Assembly (NCBI RefSeq): GCF_006345805.1
Contig: NC_042997.1
Span: forward strand, 175,398,001 to 175,462,000
DNA from: Octopus sinensis
Lineage: Eukaryota
DNA length: 64,000 nt
Direction: 5' to 3'
The notes beneath the pieces are model-generated. The model was not told the DNA's origin. It ran no database searches and saw nothing but the letters and a program-made list of their open reading frames with translations. The position numbers were made by a program, and so were the translations under genes. Below are positions 15,050 through 27,917 of this stretch, piece by piece. Each line of letters starts with the position of its first letter. Within the stretch, counting starts at the first letter, position 1.

Positions 15050-15120
15050 TTAAGTTATGAATTTAATAATTATATATTTGTTTATATGTATAATAATGTT
15101 GTTCTTTTGTCTATTTGTAG

Positions 15121-15272
15121 GAAACTTGAGGCAGATGAAAAATCCCTTAAGGCTCTACCTAACTATACGGGAACTCCTCCAACCCATTCAAGAAAGGGGT
15201 CTGGTTCCAGCTTATTGTCAAATTCCTCACTAAACAGCTACAGTAGTAACCATATTGTTGAAGAAGAAATAG
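15121..15272 (+). CDS. EVI5: EVI5-like Rab-GAP, first identified coding exon (KLEADEKSLK...SRKGSGSSLLSNSS...EEEI)
   Basis: ttgtag acceptor ends at 15120 and GT donor starts at 15273. Translation matches the EVI5 N-terminal 'L(E)xDxKSL...SRxxSGSSL' segment; ends in phase 1, matching the next exon. Confidence 0.85.
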
Positions 15273-15811
15273 GTGTGTATATCTTTCCTGCTAATCTTAT
15301 GGTATTAAAATAATAAGCTGTTGTTTTGAAAGCCAACCATATCTCTTTAAAGTGGCTAAAAGCCAGCATTTTTGCAAGACTGTTTAAAAGGGGGAAAAAT
15401 AGTAATAACAAAAGCAAGTACCATAAAGAAAACTCATTGCTTATTGTTGCTATATTCCTTTTGAATTCACATCCAGAGATAGCTGGTATTTCCTTGTTAC
15501 TATGTGTGCCAAATGACAAACCTTTGGTGAATGATGAGATACTGTAAGACCCATAAAAAACCCTGCTGGCTTTTAAAAACAGTTGTGAAATGATGAGGAT
15601 GATAGTTGTGATGATTATGTTTATCTGTTGCTATTAACAAAAATATAAAGAAATACCAAATAGACGAATGTGGGTGCATGTATGAGTAATACTGTACAGC
15701 TTCAGAGCATAATTTGTCCAAGATGTTTCAGGTAATCTACAACATGAAGCAAATTTTAGAATGTTCTTCTGTGGCCTAACAATGAACAAAGTGTGTGTGT
15801 GTTTCATTATA

Positions 15812-16923
15812 TCAGGTCATCCCATAAGTTCTGTCTGTATTTTGAATAAAGAAAACAAGTGATCAAATGTTATATTTAATTGAAATTTAATCATCAATGT
15901 ACTTTCCCTGATTATCTATGTCTTCCTTCCATCTATTTACAAGCTTTTTAATCCCATCAATGTAAAACTCTTTTGGTTTCAAAGCAAAGGGTGAAATGAG
16001 TTTGTGAGAATGGAAAAAAAGAGCAGATGTCAACTGGGGATTTGTGGTTGGTTTTGAACAATTCATGAGGCACTTATTTTCTAAGTTTAGGAAACTTTCT
16101 AAGTTGTTGAAGATAACGATAAACAGTTGTATGGTTTGAACTAAGCTTTATTGCCAATTCTTCAACTGATAATGCAGGATTTTCTTCAAGTAACGCCTCA
16201 AGGAGCTTATCACCAAACTCAACTGGACATCCTGTTCAATCTTCATCTTCAAAGCTGAAATCTCCACTTTTGAATTTTGCAAACCATCTTCTGCAAGTTC
16301 TTTCATTCAAGCATTCTTTTTCATAAACTTAGTGAATGTTTCAAGTCGCTTCAGCTGCAGAGTTTCCGTTTTTGTACTCATAAAGCATTATGTGCCTCAA
16401 ATGCTCTTTGGATATTTCCATGTTAGAAAGGGTTTTAATCAAAGAAATTTTAATTCTATTATTCTGTAAAATAATATTTAATTAGTTTAAATGTACACAA
16501 ACGCATAAAAATAATTTTTAATTCCATTAGACATTCTAAAATACTATTTAATTTAGTTTCTCTCATTCTCTCCCTTCTCCACCCCTGTCACTTTCTCTCT
16601 CTCTCTCTCTCTTTATGTGTAAGTATATTTCTCTTTATATGTATGAGGAGAGAGAAAGTATTTATGTGAATCCTATTCAGCTAATAAATTGTAATGTGTC
16701 TCTACCTCATAGTGTGTGTGTATAAAGGACTAGGAAAATACCTAGGGACTCACTTTGCATGAAAATCAGATGGTGAAGCTAATACTAATATCCTATTACA
16801 GCAACTGCAATATTTTAAAATTATATGTTACACTCTGTAAAGAGAAAGAATCATTAGCTTAATGGACAGTTCTGGTAACAATAGGTTTAATAAAGGAAAA
16901 TTAGAATTATAAGGTCAGCAATT

Positions 16924-16972
<49 letters not shown>

Positions 16973-17091
16973 CGCTCACATTATAATTTGTACATATAAA
17001 TTTTTAATTCCATTAGACATTCTAAAATACTATTTAATTTAATTCAATTTTAAAAAAGGTAAAATCAGACAGAACTTATAGGATGACCTGA
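15812..17091 (-). mobile_element. Internally deleted mariner transposon with both TIRs
   Basis: 26-bp TIRs (tcaggtcatcc[c/t]ataagttctgtctg, 15812-15837 and 17066-17091) flanked by TA. The minus strand from ATG 16421 gives MEISKEHLRHIMLYEY...TCRRWFAKFKSGDFS...VPHEL with stops. This is joined to the C-terminus KPKEFYIDGIKKLVNRWKEDIDNQGKYIDD*; the catalytic domain is missing. Confidence 0.92.
16925..16968. repeat. (TA)n microsatellite; many more (TA)n, (TG)n, (CT)n, (CAT)n and (GTA)n tracts (e.g. 24294-24358, 35860-35960, 37971-38045, 39860-39899)
   Basis: Read directly from the sequence. Confidence 0.95.
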
Positions 17092-17571
17092 TAATTAGTT
17101 AGAAGAGTTTGAAACATTTTAGCTCCATCTATTTGGCATTACTAGTTCAACAGTGACTTATTTGACACACACACACAATGGGCTTCTTTCTACTTCTGTC
17201 TACCAAATCTACTCACAAGACTTCATTTAGCCTGGGATTATAGTGGAAGAACTTGCCTAAGGTGTCACAACTTTGGGACTGAACTGAAAAACCATGTACA
17301 AAATTCATAACCACAAAGCCATGCTTGTGTGTGTGTGGTTTATGTCTTAAGAATTTAGAAATTTCTAGAGAACATGAAATAATTTGTTGTTTGTTTTTGT
17401 ATCAGTTCAACTCAAAGTAGATAAAGGTATAAAAGACATAGTGTGTAAATATTGGGTTAAAAACCCTTTGGATAGAAGAAGCCCAATATGAAAATGCAAT
17501 ATTACATCCAAAAATAAAGGTATTTTAAAAAATCAAAAACTATCAACTAGATTATGTCTAGGAGATAAAGT

Positions 17572-18618
17572 TTACTCAATGTAATTGCTCTCAGCTTCTA
17601 TCAGAGCCTCCAGAACCTGGTGCATGTGTCCCAGAGAAGGTCTTTGAACACCTCCTTGATCTTGGCTACCAGCTTGGCCTTGGCATTGCAGAGAAATTGT
17701 TAATGTCTTTAAGATAACAATTGAGGGAATTAGAATGCCAGAAATTGGGGCTGATGAAGTTATAGAAATTCTCCAACAACTACTTCTGATTCTTTTTGGA
17801 GCTATGGCAAGGAACCAAATCCTGTTACTACTCGTATGGCCTTCCAGCAGCAACACTCATCTGCTAAGAATTGACTACAGTCTCCAGCAGTTTCACATAG
17901 CTGTCTGAATTGAGCCTAGGACCCAAAAGCCATCACAATTTGGGAAAACTTGGTTTCATAATATGTGAGACATCATGTGGAGTGTAGGCAAGCCAACTGT
18001 TGTCCTGAATGCATCTGGTCCTGGCAGAAGTTCTTTTCATCTAAGAAGAACCAGATCATCCCTGGCTTGCTCAACGGTCTGCCTCAGCTTTTTCAGGAGC
18101 TTCTTTGACTTAGTCAAATGGTTCTCCCTGGCCTTGACTGTCAGAATTTTCCCCTTGCGCCTCTTGCATGAGTGATAACGAAGGTCCTTATTCAGCATCA
18201 TTTTCATGGCGGTGACTTCAATTCCTGTCTCTTCACAAAAGCCCAGATTCCCTTGCTTGGGTCTTCTATCACCTTGTCCTGCAGTTGTTGGATGAATTCC
18301 AGCAGGCAGTGTTCCTTCTTGCTGGCTATGGCTTCGTAATTGCCATTACAGCTGTCCTTATCATGTCTTACAGCCTTTACAGTGTTCACAGGGTATTGGG
18401 TGTAAGTCATGATGTTTGCATTTTAATATCCAGCAGGAATCATCATGATACAGGTAACTCAATGGCTTCCAGTCCTCCATGTTAGCTAACTATTTTCTAA
18501 ACTACAACTTTAATCTTCATACTCTCCAACGCCTTTGACTGTTCACCAATACATCGAGCTGTTCCTGAGAAACAGGCAACATAAAAAGAAAATCATCCAG
18601 TTTAGCCCTAACACCCTG
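17572..18618 (-). mobile_element. Degenerate Tc1/mariner transposase of DD37D (maT) type
   Basis: Frameshifted translation gives IWFFLDEKNFCQDQ, LNSDSYVKLLETVV, VAAGRPYE**QD...NFYNFISPNFWHSNSLNCYLKD (37 residues between the last two D) and IEAESNYIE*. TA-CAGGGTG-like terminus at 18611-18620. Confidence 0.82.
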
Positions 18619-20188
18619 TACACTCATGTTTAGAGTTCTAGTTTCCTGTTTGCCTCACCAAACCTACACATACATATATATACACATGTATGTGTATATA
18701 CACACATATGTATATGCACATATATGGCAGACTCGTTAGCGCGCCAGGCGAAATGCTTAGCTGTATTTCGTCTGCCGTTATGTTTTGACTTCAAATTCCG
18801 GCCAAGGTCGACTTTGCCTTTCATCCTTTCAGGGTCGATAAATAAAGTACCAGTTTCGCACTGGGGTCGATGTAATCGACTTAATCCCTTTGTCTGTCCT
18901 TGTTTGTCCCCTCTATGTTTAGCTCCTTGTGGGCAATAAGGAAATATATATATATGTAGATATACAGATATGTGCCACACACACATATATATATATGCAC
19001 ACACACACATATACACACATAAGTGCACACATACATTTTGGGGTGGGTTGCACACATGCACACACACACACAGAAGGGCTAGAAAGAACAGAAATTAAAG
19101 TGTTTTTTGTGGATGAACAGAGTATCATTCAGAGAGAAGTAATCTAAAAATTGCAGACAACGACCGGGAATCGAGCCAGTGATGGATGTTGTAAAGTGCA
19201 ATGGGATAAGATGACTTGGGTCATGTGCTGAGGAATGATGAAGGGTGATGGTGTGAGAAGAGGGATGGAAATAAATGTGGAAGGAAGTAGATGAAGAAAG
19301 GGACTAAAAAAGCTGTGAGTAATGATGACAGGAGGAGGAGCTGGAAGGCAAGGTGGTTAGCAGTGGAGGATAGGGTAATATGGAGAAGACTATTATGATG
19401 GTAACCAGAAAGGCTTACACAAACTTTAACAGGGAATGCTTATATGCATGTTCCTTTCCTAGTGGTAGACAACACTACACTTTTCTCAGTTTAAAATAAT
19501 GCAGTAACTTTTCATTTGTCTATGTGACAATTCAGAACAAAAGCATTGTTTAATTATATATAAAGTGGAATTTCTCATTAGGGGATTTCTGAGTAAAAGT
19601 TTAGTTCATCCAGAATTTCTATCAAGGAAATAAAACTGAAACACACACACACATGCACGTACACACACAACACACAACACACACACACACACACACACAC
19701 AAATCATCAGAACAGGATGCTAAACTTATTGTTGTAATTTCATAAAACAAGCACTGAATGTTTTAAGTGTGTGTATGTATGTATGTATTTATGTATGTAT
19801 GTATGTATGTGAATACTTACATACTTAATTATGAGAGAGTATATTTATGTACAAGATAGGGCATTTAAGCTACTCCAAATGTTGATAATAACTGCATGAA
19901 ATAATTGGAATATATTTAGTTACACGCAAATAGCTCTGTGATACAGACTTGGTATAATGTCTGTCGTACGTAAGAAATCTCGTTCTATAAAGCAGTTTAA
20001 CAGATACTTTAAGAAACTGCCTAATAAGAGTTCTTCACATTCTAATTTGGATTGGCTTAATGTGGAAGTGACAAAAAATTTAACAGAAACATTCGAAGGT
20101 AACTGCCTTTATTGTCTTTTTTTTTTGTGTGATTATGAATAATTATATATTTCATTCATTTTTTTTTATATATACATATATATATATA

Positions 20189-20402
20189 CTGTTGTGTCTG
20201 GGGAGAGTCATTCTCTTTTAGTGCCTTATTTAACACACTCACCGGTAAAATTTCCACTTCTTTCTTTTTTTTTTTTTAATAAGAAATAATTGGAAATTCT
20301 ACTGGTGAGTGTGTTAAATAATAAGGCACTAAAAGAGAATGACTCTTCCCAGACACAACAGAATATGCTTCAACACACGAACTCATATAAAGAATCTTGC
20401 AA
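20189..20402. mobile_element. Fold-back element, same family as 51152, centre deleted
   Basis: ~68-bp inverted arms and the same cacgaactca.ataaagaatcttgcaa tail. Confidence 0.88.
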
Positions 20403-20620
20403 ACTATATATATATATATAGTATATTCTGTTAAGAACATAATAGAGTACAGTATAAAGCCTGTCCACCTTCAGATTTCACTCTGAGCTATCCAGTAGTA
20501 TTATTATACATACTTCCAGGTTTGCATTAGGACTGTTGTCATGTGTGAATAGATAGTTGTCAACTAGGAATATGGCTTGACATTCATTTTCAATTACTAC
20601 AAAATTTTCTATACGGTGTA

Positions 20621-20935
20621 GTTCTCCAGGTGTGAGAGTACTTGATTAGGCAACCATTTCCCTGCATTGTGAGATCTAGTTGTGTTTCCTCAGGCAATAT
20701 GTAAACATTTTCTCCGTAAGTTAAAATTTTCGGCTTCAAGAGCATCCTCTATGTCTGTTGTAGCCTGCAGTTAGTAGTAGTTACTGAGTTTTCTCAAAAG
20801 ATGTGGCTGAAGGTCTGTTGGCAAACAGCTTTGAACTTACGGGGACAATATTTTAATATTACCTGAGGAAATACAACTAGGTCTCATAATGCAGAGAAAC
20901 GGTTACATAATCAAGTACCTGCACACCTAGAGAGT
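20621..20935. mobile_element. MITE with ~100-bp imperfect TIRs, TA-flanked
   Basis: aggtgtg..gtacttgatta...tttcctcagg...cgtaagtt versus aacttacg...cctgaggaaa...taatcaagtac...cacacct. Confidence 0.8.
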
Positions 20936-21169
20936 TATGTTGCAGAGAAACAATTGAAGTGATTGGAAATAAATGTCCAATGTATATATGTATATAATCC
21001 TCCTTCTTTCTTTCCTTTCCTGAGCATCCAATAGCACTATACTTGTTCCACGTCCTCGCGTTGTTGTGTTTTCTCTTTGTGTTTTCATGTTTGGATTAAC
21101 TTTGTGTATATGTATGTATGTGTATATATATATATGTATGTGTGTATGTATGTATATATATATATTTTA

Positions 21170-21990
21170 CCTGCTACAAACTTGTGACATAGAAGGCAAC
21201 TGGGAATTCCTGCGGGATAGCTTGCTGAGTGCCTCAGACCAAATCTATGGGTGGTGCAAAGTCCCAACCAGACCTAGGGTAACATGGTGGTTGAACGTTG
21301 CCATAGACATGGCCATTAGAGCAAGAAACAGACATGGAAGAGTGGAGGTAGCAGGGAGCTATATCAGATAACCAAAAGGGAACTAAGAGACAAGTATATC
21401 TAGCCAAGGGAGAAGTAGGAAAGAAGAAGAAGTTTGCCTATGTCTAGTGACGTGAGGACCAAAGAATTGAAGTGTTCCAGATTGCAAGGCAATGTATGAG
21501 AGAAAATTGTGATGTCATTGGAGATAAATGTTTCCGCATGGATGATGGTGCGCTTAGATTTAATGATTCTGCAAAGAAAGAGACTTGGAAATGCCATTAT
21601 GAAAGACTGCTGAATACAGAGAATGAATGGGAGGAGGAGAATCTGTCAAATGTTGATCCAATTGAGGGACCAGCTACCCAGATTGATGGTACCATGGTAG
21701 ATAAAGCAATTAAGGACATGAAGACAGGGAAAGCTTCTGGCCCGTCAGGAATCACCACTGAGATGCTTAAAATATCTGTTGGTGTAGGTTATGGTTTAGT
21801 CATCTGTATTGTAAATCAGGTGATACACAAAGGAGTCATACCCAATGACTGGTGTAGCAGTACAATAGTCAATGGCTACAACAGTAAAGGTGATGCCTTA
21901 GATAAAAAATAACTACAGAAATATCAAATTGTTGGATCAGGTGATGAAAAGTTATGGAGAGAGTCATAGGCCAACTAATTCCACTATGGA
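21170..21990 (+). mobile_element. RTE-type LINE ORF fragment (between endonuclease and RT start)
   Basis: NWEFLRDSLLSASDQIYGWCK..RVTWW, KETWKCHYERLLN, KDMKTGKASGPSGITTEMLK, IPNDWCSS and NYRNIKLLDQVMK, with stops and frameshifts. Confidence 0.9.
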
Positions 21991-22604
21991 TTTAGCTCTG
22001 GGAAGTAGATCATCAGCATATAGGATTTTCTATAGAGAGCCAGTCTTAAAACTCAGTTGTGATGACCTGTAGGACTATGATGAATTGGAGAGAACTGAGC
22101 CTTGATGGTCATCTACATCATCATCATCATCATCATTGTTTAGCATCCGCTTTCCATGCTGGCATGGGTTGGACGGTTCAACTGGGGTCTGAGAAGCCAG
22201 AAGGCTGCACCAGGCCCAGTCTGATCTGGCAACATTTCTACAGCTGGATGCCCTTCCTAACACCACCTTCACAATAAACTGTCACTGAAATCATTGACTC
22301 TCATGCACGCATATATATGTATATACATGAGTGTGTGTGTTTGTGTGTGCGTGCGTGTGTATCTATGTAAGTATATGTGTTCATACGTATGTTTGTGTAT
22401 GTATATATGTATGAATATATCTATGTGCATTATATGTATGTGTATTTATACATGTTTGTATATGTATGTATTTGTGTGTGTGTATACTGAGTACCCCTGT
22501 CATACATCCCTTTCATCACATGGTTATGGGATACCTTTAATAGTAGGCAGTAGAACATTGATAATGATTGGTAATATATTTGTGTGCATGGAAATTGCAG
22601 ATGT

Positions 22605-22992
22605 GTTACCAGTGCCGGTGGCATGTAAGAGAACCTTCCATTTCGCGACCGTTGCCAGCGCCGCCCCGACTGGCCTCGTGCCGATGGCACGTAAAAAGCA
22701 CCATCCGTTCATGTCCGTTGCCAGCCTCGCCTGGCCCTCGTGCCGGTGGCACATAAAAAGCACCATCCGTTCATGGCCGTTTGCCAGCTCTGTCTGGCAC
22801 CTGTGCGGGTGGCACGTAAAAAGCACCCACTACACTCACGGAGTGGTTGGCGTTAGGAAGGGCATCCAGCCGTAGAAACACTGCCAGATTTGACTGGGCC
22901 TGATGAAGCCTTCTGGCTTCACAGACCCCAGTAGAACCGTCCAACCCATGCTATCATGGAAAACAGACGCTAAACGATGATGATGATGATGT
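22605..22992 (+). mobile_element. RTE 3' UTR-type repeat with ~60-bp tandem units and (GAT)n tail
   Basis: Same tail motif. Other copies near 4830-5185(+), 22125-22265(-), 26245-26520(-), 26800-27055(+), 36665-36800(-), 37605-37960(-), 38045-38285(+), 42420-42560(+), 47196-47520(-), 49620-49805(+), 55400-55635(+), 60745-61050(-), 62225-62400(+). Confidence 0.8.
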
Positions 22993-25900
22993 GTTTACTG
23001 TCATCATCGAATTATTGTCTACTTTTCCATGCTTGCATGGGTCAGACAGAATTTGTTGCTGCAGATTTTATACAGCCGGATGCCTTTCCTGTTACCAACC
23101 CATACCTTTTTACAAGCGAAGTAATATTTCTCCTTGACCCGGATATATTTTCACAGTGGATTGGAAACAAACAGCACTTGTATGACAGTGATACTTGACA
23201 CAAACATACACACACACACAAATTTGGGGGAAGGGATTAAGTCGATTACATTTATGACATATTTCATATCAGTTACGTTCGTATAAATATAAGATTATCG
23301 TTATTAAACTTTTATTAATAAACACATATTCTAAGTTCACAACATATGCAGTTTTAATTTTCCTCTCTTTTGCACAGATACACATATTACATATTATATA
23401 TTTGTTTAAGAAACAGATTGGGTTTATTTACATTTCTGAAGAAAAAAAGATATCCTTCCCCTCACCCCTAACCCTAAAACAGATTGAAATGCAATAGATC
23501 GATACTAGGGTCATAACTATGGGTGGACACCAAAGAGGGAACGGTATTTTTAGCCAGCTCTATTTACGAGTGACCCCTCAGTTTATGGCCACAGGGTATC
23601 TTTTTTCTCATAAATAACAGGGACAATTTCATATGACACTGGAAATAAATGTTGTTGACACATTACGACAGAAATCGTTTTCACCTCAATAGACGTCATT
23701 GATTGGTTGAAATTGCTGAAATGCAAGAAATTAAAGACCAAATATCTTACAAACCACACAATTTTCTCAAGAAAGCCAAGAGAAAAAGATGCTTTGTAAA
23801 CACATTCTACCAGTATACGAAGTTTAAAAGTGTTTAGTTACAAAGAAATTATTTTAAAACTCTGCCGGTCAAAGCGAAAAGATCCATGTCATCCAGTGAC
23901 CTACACATACAAAATCTGCATCAACAAATTCTATCTGACCCTAAAAATTGTAGTGATAATACACATATTATTGGTATCTGTATTGCCCTTCAGGCAAATA
24001 TAAAACTGAACAGTTCAGTTGCTATAGAGAATTGAAAACTGAACTTTGCACCAGTCATTAACTGTGTGTATGAGAGAGTGAGTGTGATTGTATTTTACAC
24101 AGTAACACTGAAATAATGGTTTGAATTGCTCTGGTGGGTGGGTGTCTTTCAAGCATGAAATTGGAGACTTTTTTTCAAGGGGTCACAGTATGCTGGGAGT
24201 GGTATTTTTAGAAATTTGGACAACTGAACCAAAGGTCAGTCTCACAGCTTCTCTTTCACACACAAACCTATAGGTAAATATACACACACACACTATATAT
24301 ATATATATATTATATATATATATATTATATATATATATATTATATATATATATATATACCTACACACATACTTGTTAACATATAGAAAAGACACACTCAT
24401 ACTGTAAAATACTTTCACATACACATTGTAACACATGGAACAGATTACCCCTACATACATAGGTACACACACACACATTCTCCTTCATACACACATACAC
24501 ATTCTCTCTCTCTCTCTCTCTTACATACTCATTACTCTTAGACAAGTGAAAGACCAATGGAATCAGTTTACAAAGAAAGATTTTCAGCACATTTTCTAAT
24601 CAGTAAATCAGTTTGGTGTAACGAATGCTATCAAATCAATTCTCCCCATCTTGGTTCATATTACCACCTCTCCAGAAGCTGAGGACAATGTGAGAAAGAG
24701 AGACCAGTGAGAGAAAAACAACATACATACATCAACCACAACTAACTCCAAAGTACACTTCCATTTTGCTGGTTGTTTTTAAATGGTATCTAGTGAATCA
24801 ACAGGTTTCTGATAGCAAAACCTTCATCATATCATACCTACTGACATGTCTGCTGCAGGATCGTTTTTCTGTGCGTTTGTAAAAAAAAAAATGATTTTAA
24901 TTTTCTTAATATTATCAAGAGCCATATCCTAAGTAAGATATGTTTGTATGAACCTGTGCATAGGTATATGTGTGTTTGAACATATCTGTTTCTGTAAATG
25001 TGTGTGCTTAAGTGACCATTTGTGTTTTTTGTGTATATGATTGCATTTGTGGTTGGACGACCATGTATGCGCTTGAGTGAATATGTATGCATTTGTGTGT
25101 ATCTGTGTATTTTAAGTGAATGTGTATGTATACTTGAGTGTGACCACATGTGCTTGTTTTTTTTAGTGTGTTTGTGTGATAGATTCAGCATTTTCTTATT
25201 ATTTGAACTGAAATTTCTTGGTCCTTAATTGCATGTTCAGCTTTTGAAATTTTGAATAGATTGTAGGAAATAAAAGTCAGGGAGAAATTTGACATCTAAA
25301 TACTTCAAATAAATTTATGTATTTTTATATATTGGTAATTAGTAACGTTTACCAGTTTGCTCACATATATATTCAAAATATATATATATATATAAAATGT
25401 GTGTGTGATTAGATCTATTTTATTTTTATTTTGATGTAACTCCACATTAAATGGGTCCTGTTATCAACTTGTTGCTACTATAACTTTTGTGTTTTTATGA
25501 ACTTTGCTTTTTCCTTTCTTGCTACAGAGAATATGTATACACCTGTAAAGTACTAAAGTCCACTAATACCTATGTTAAATTTGTTGCAGGACATCTTTTC
25601 TCTTCCTCTTGCTCTATGTATCTATTTCTCACCCCCAACATGTCTCTCTGTTTCTCTCTCTCATCCCTTTCTTTTCTCATCCCCCTCTTTGTTTTGATCT
25701 CTCACTGCCACTTTTTTCACTGTTTGCCAAGTGAAGATAAGAAAAACAAAGCAAACAACAAGCAATTTAAAATTTAATTTTATGGACTTTACAATTCTAT
25801 ACCAATGAATGTCTGAGCATATGGTTTATAAATGTTTAAAAAAAACTTCCCTAAATCAAATTTCAGTGTATAGGCATTGATAAGAGAGATTAGTTAACTT

Positions 25901-26011
25901 CAAGTCCACTGTGTTTGTTTATAATGATGAAATAATTAACATTTATCATTATTTACTGTTCTTCTTTTTCGTTTGCAATCTGTTTATGATTTTTATGCTT
26001 TTCTTCTTCAG

Positions 26012-26091
26012 CTTCCGAAAACCTCTGGCAAACATGGGGTAGAATTGTAAATGAATGGGATAACTTAAAGAAGAAGCCAACCAATTTGAAG
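26012..26091 (+). CDS. EVI5: EVI5-like exon (ASENLWQTWGRIVNEWDNLKKKPTNLK)
   Basis: ttcttcag acceptor, gtaact donor; WGRIVNEW motif just upstream of the EVI5 TBC domain; 80 nt restores phase 0. Confidence 0.93.
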
Positions 26092-27647
26092 GTAACTTGT
26101 TTCACATTTAATTCTGTTTGTGATATTACACTAACACAATTTTTGTCCTTGGGTAACAACTATTATTTCTTATTCAAATTAAGCTGTGCACATGTGCAAA
26201 TTGAGTCCGTGTGTGTGTATAAGAAAAACATATTTACTAACAGAAAATCATCATCATCATTTAACGTCTGCTTTTCATGCTGGCATGGGTTGGATGGTTT
26301 GACTGAGGGCTGGCGAACCAGATGGCTGCACCAGGCTCCAATCTGGTCTGGCAGAGTTTCTACAGATGGATGCCCTTCCTAATGCCAACCACTCCAATAG
26401 TGTTTCGGGCGCTTTTACGTGCCACCAGCACGAGGGCCAGTCAGGTGGTACTGGCGACAGCCATGCTCAAATGGTATTTTTTATGTGCCAGTCCAGCGGT
26501 ACTGGCAACGACCTCAAAGACATCAAATTTCCAGCAATTTAATTTTTAGTAATTAAAAGAAATCAGAAGCACTGTTCTAAGCAAAAAAAAGTACAAAGCA
26601 CGTCTGAGAAGCAATTATATTGTGTACTCAAATTTAGTTAGTTAGAAGAAAATATGCTGTTAAAATAAATTCTTTTACATACCCTTTTAACATTACTGTG
26701 ATAGATCCCAGTAATGACCTCAGATTCTCTAGTACTGGTGCAATTGATACAGATTAAGTCTAATTTGAGCACCTATAAGTATTAAGACCAGTCCTTCAGG
26801 TGGTGCAAAGCATGCCTTGTAAAAGCACCTGTGCAGTGTCATGTAAAAGTACCTCTGCAATGCCATGTAAAAGTGTCCATGCAGTACCACGTAAAAGCAC
26901 CCAGCACACTGTAAAGTGGTTGGCATTAGGAAGGGCACCCAGCTGTAGAAACCATGCCAAATCATGCTGGAGTCAGGTGCAGTCCCACCCCACCAGCTTG
27001 TCACACTGTCCAACTCATGCCAGCATGAACAACGGACATTAAATGATGATGAAGGACGAAAAAATTTTAATCAAAAACTCTTTTTTTTATATCATTGTAT
27101 GAGATAGAGTTTGTAGAACAGAAATTTGCAAAAGTTTTCTGAAAATACTAAAAACTAAGAAGGTTATGACTGGTTACATGGTATACTTCAATCTAGAATC
27201 AAGCTGTGCGCATGCACAAATTTTTTTTTTTTACTTTTTGAATTTGAATTTTGAAGGATTTCAAAAATTATTTTGAAATTATAAACTGAATGCTTCTATA
27301 GCTGCAAATATTCTTGTGTTGCATTCATTAAAGCAACTTTGAAATTATCAAATAGTTATCAAAAACACTGTGGTATATACAATTAAAAAGTACATATTCA
27401 TTATCACAATCTTCATGACCCAGCATTGAAATTGTTACTGATTATTGTATAATATACTCTGGAACTGTGTACATTGAAGAATAGAACAATCATCTTCTAC
27501 ATTAAATGTCTTAGCCTGAGAGAAGATGCTCTGAAATCTTTCATTGTCTATTCTCCTATTCGTCAAGAAGAATAGCAATGAAGATAAATTTGTTTAAAAT
27601 ATTGGTAGCCTCAGTTCTGATGTTTATGTCAGAACTGTTGTGTTCTG

Positions 27648-27917
27648 GTTACTATTTAAGAAGAGTGGTCGCACTCGCACATCTACGCTAGCTACTCGTG
27701 ACTAGTCAATCCTATGACTACCTAGCACGAGTGCACGTATGCAAATTAATAGATGGGTCTTTTTTTAAACAAATTTTGTGTAAAAAAATTATTTTGTTAA
27801 AAAAAACCCATCTATTAATTTGCATACACACACTCACGCTAGGTAGTTGTTGTAGGATCGACTAGTCACGACTAGCTAGCATGGATGCGCAAGTGCGCAC
27901 TCTTCTTAAATAGTACC
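27648..27917. mobile_element. Fold-back MITE with 8-bp TSD (Merlin-like termini)
   Basis: TSD gtgttctg at 27640-27647 and 27918-27925; ~125-bp imperfect arms starting g[g/t]tactatttaagaagagtg. Confidence 0.85.

Noticed and set aside
1-15120. Upstream EVI5 exon (expected to end ...LEExNR in phase 2)
   Set aside because: No convincing match found; probably outside the window or too diverged.
22605-22830. CRISPR-like appearance of the tandem units
   Set aside because: No unique spacers, eukaryotic context, and part of a LINE 3' UTR.
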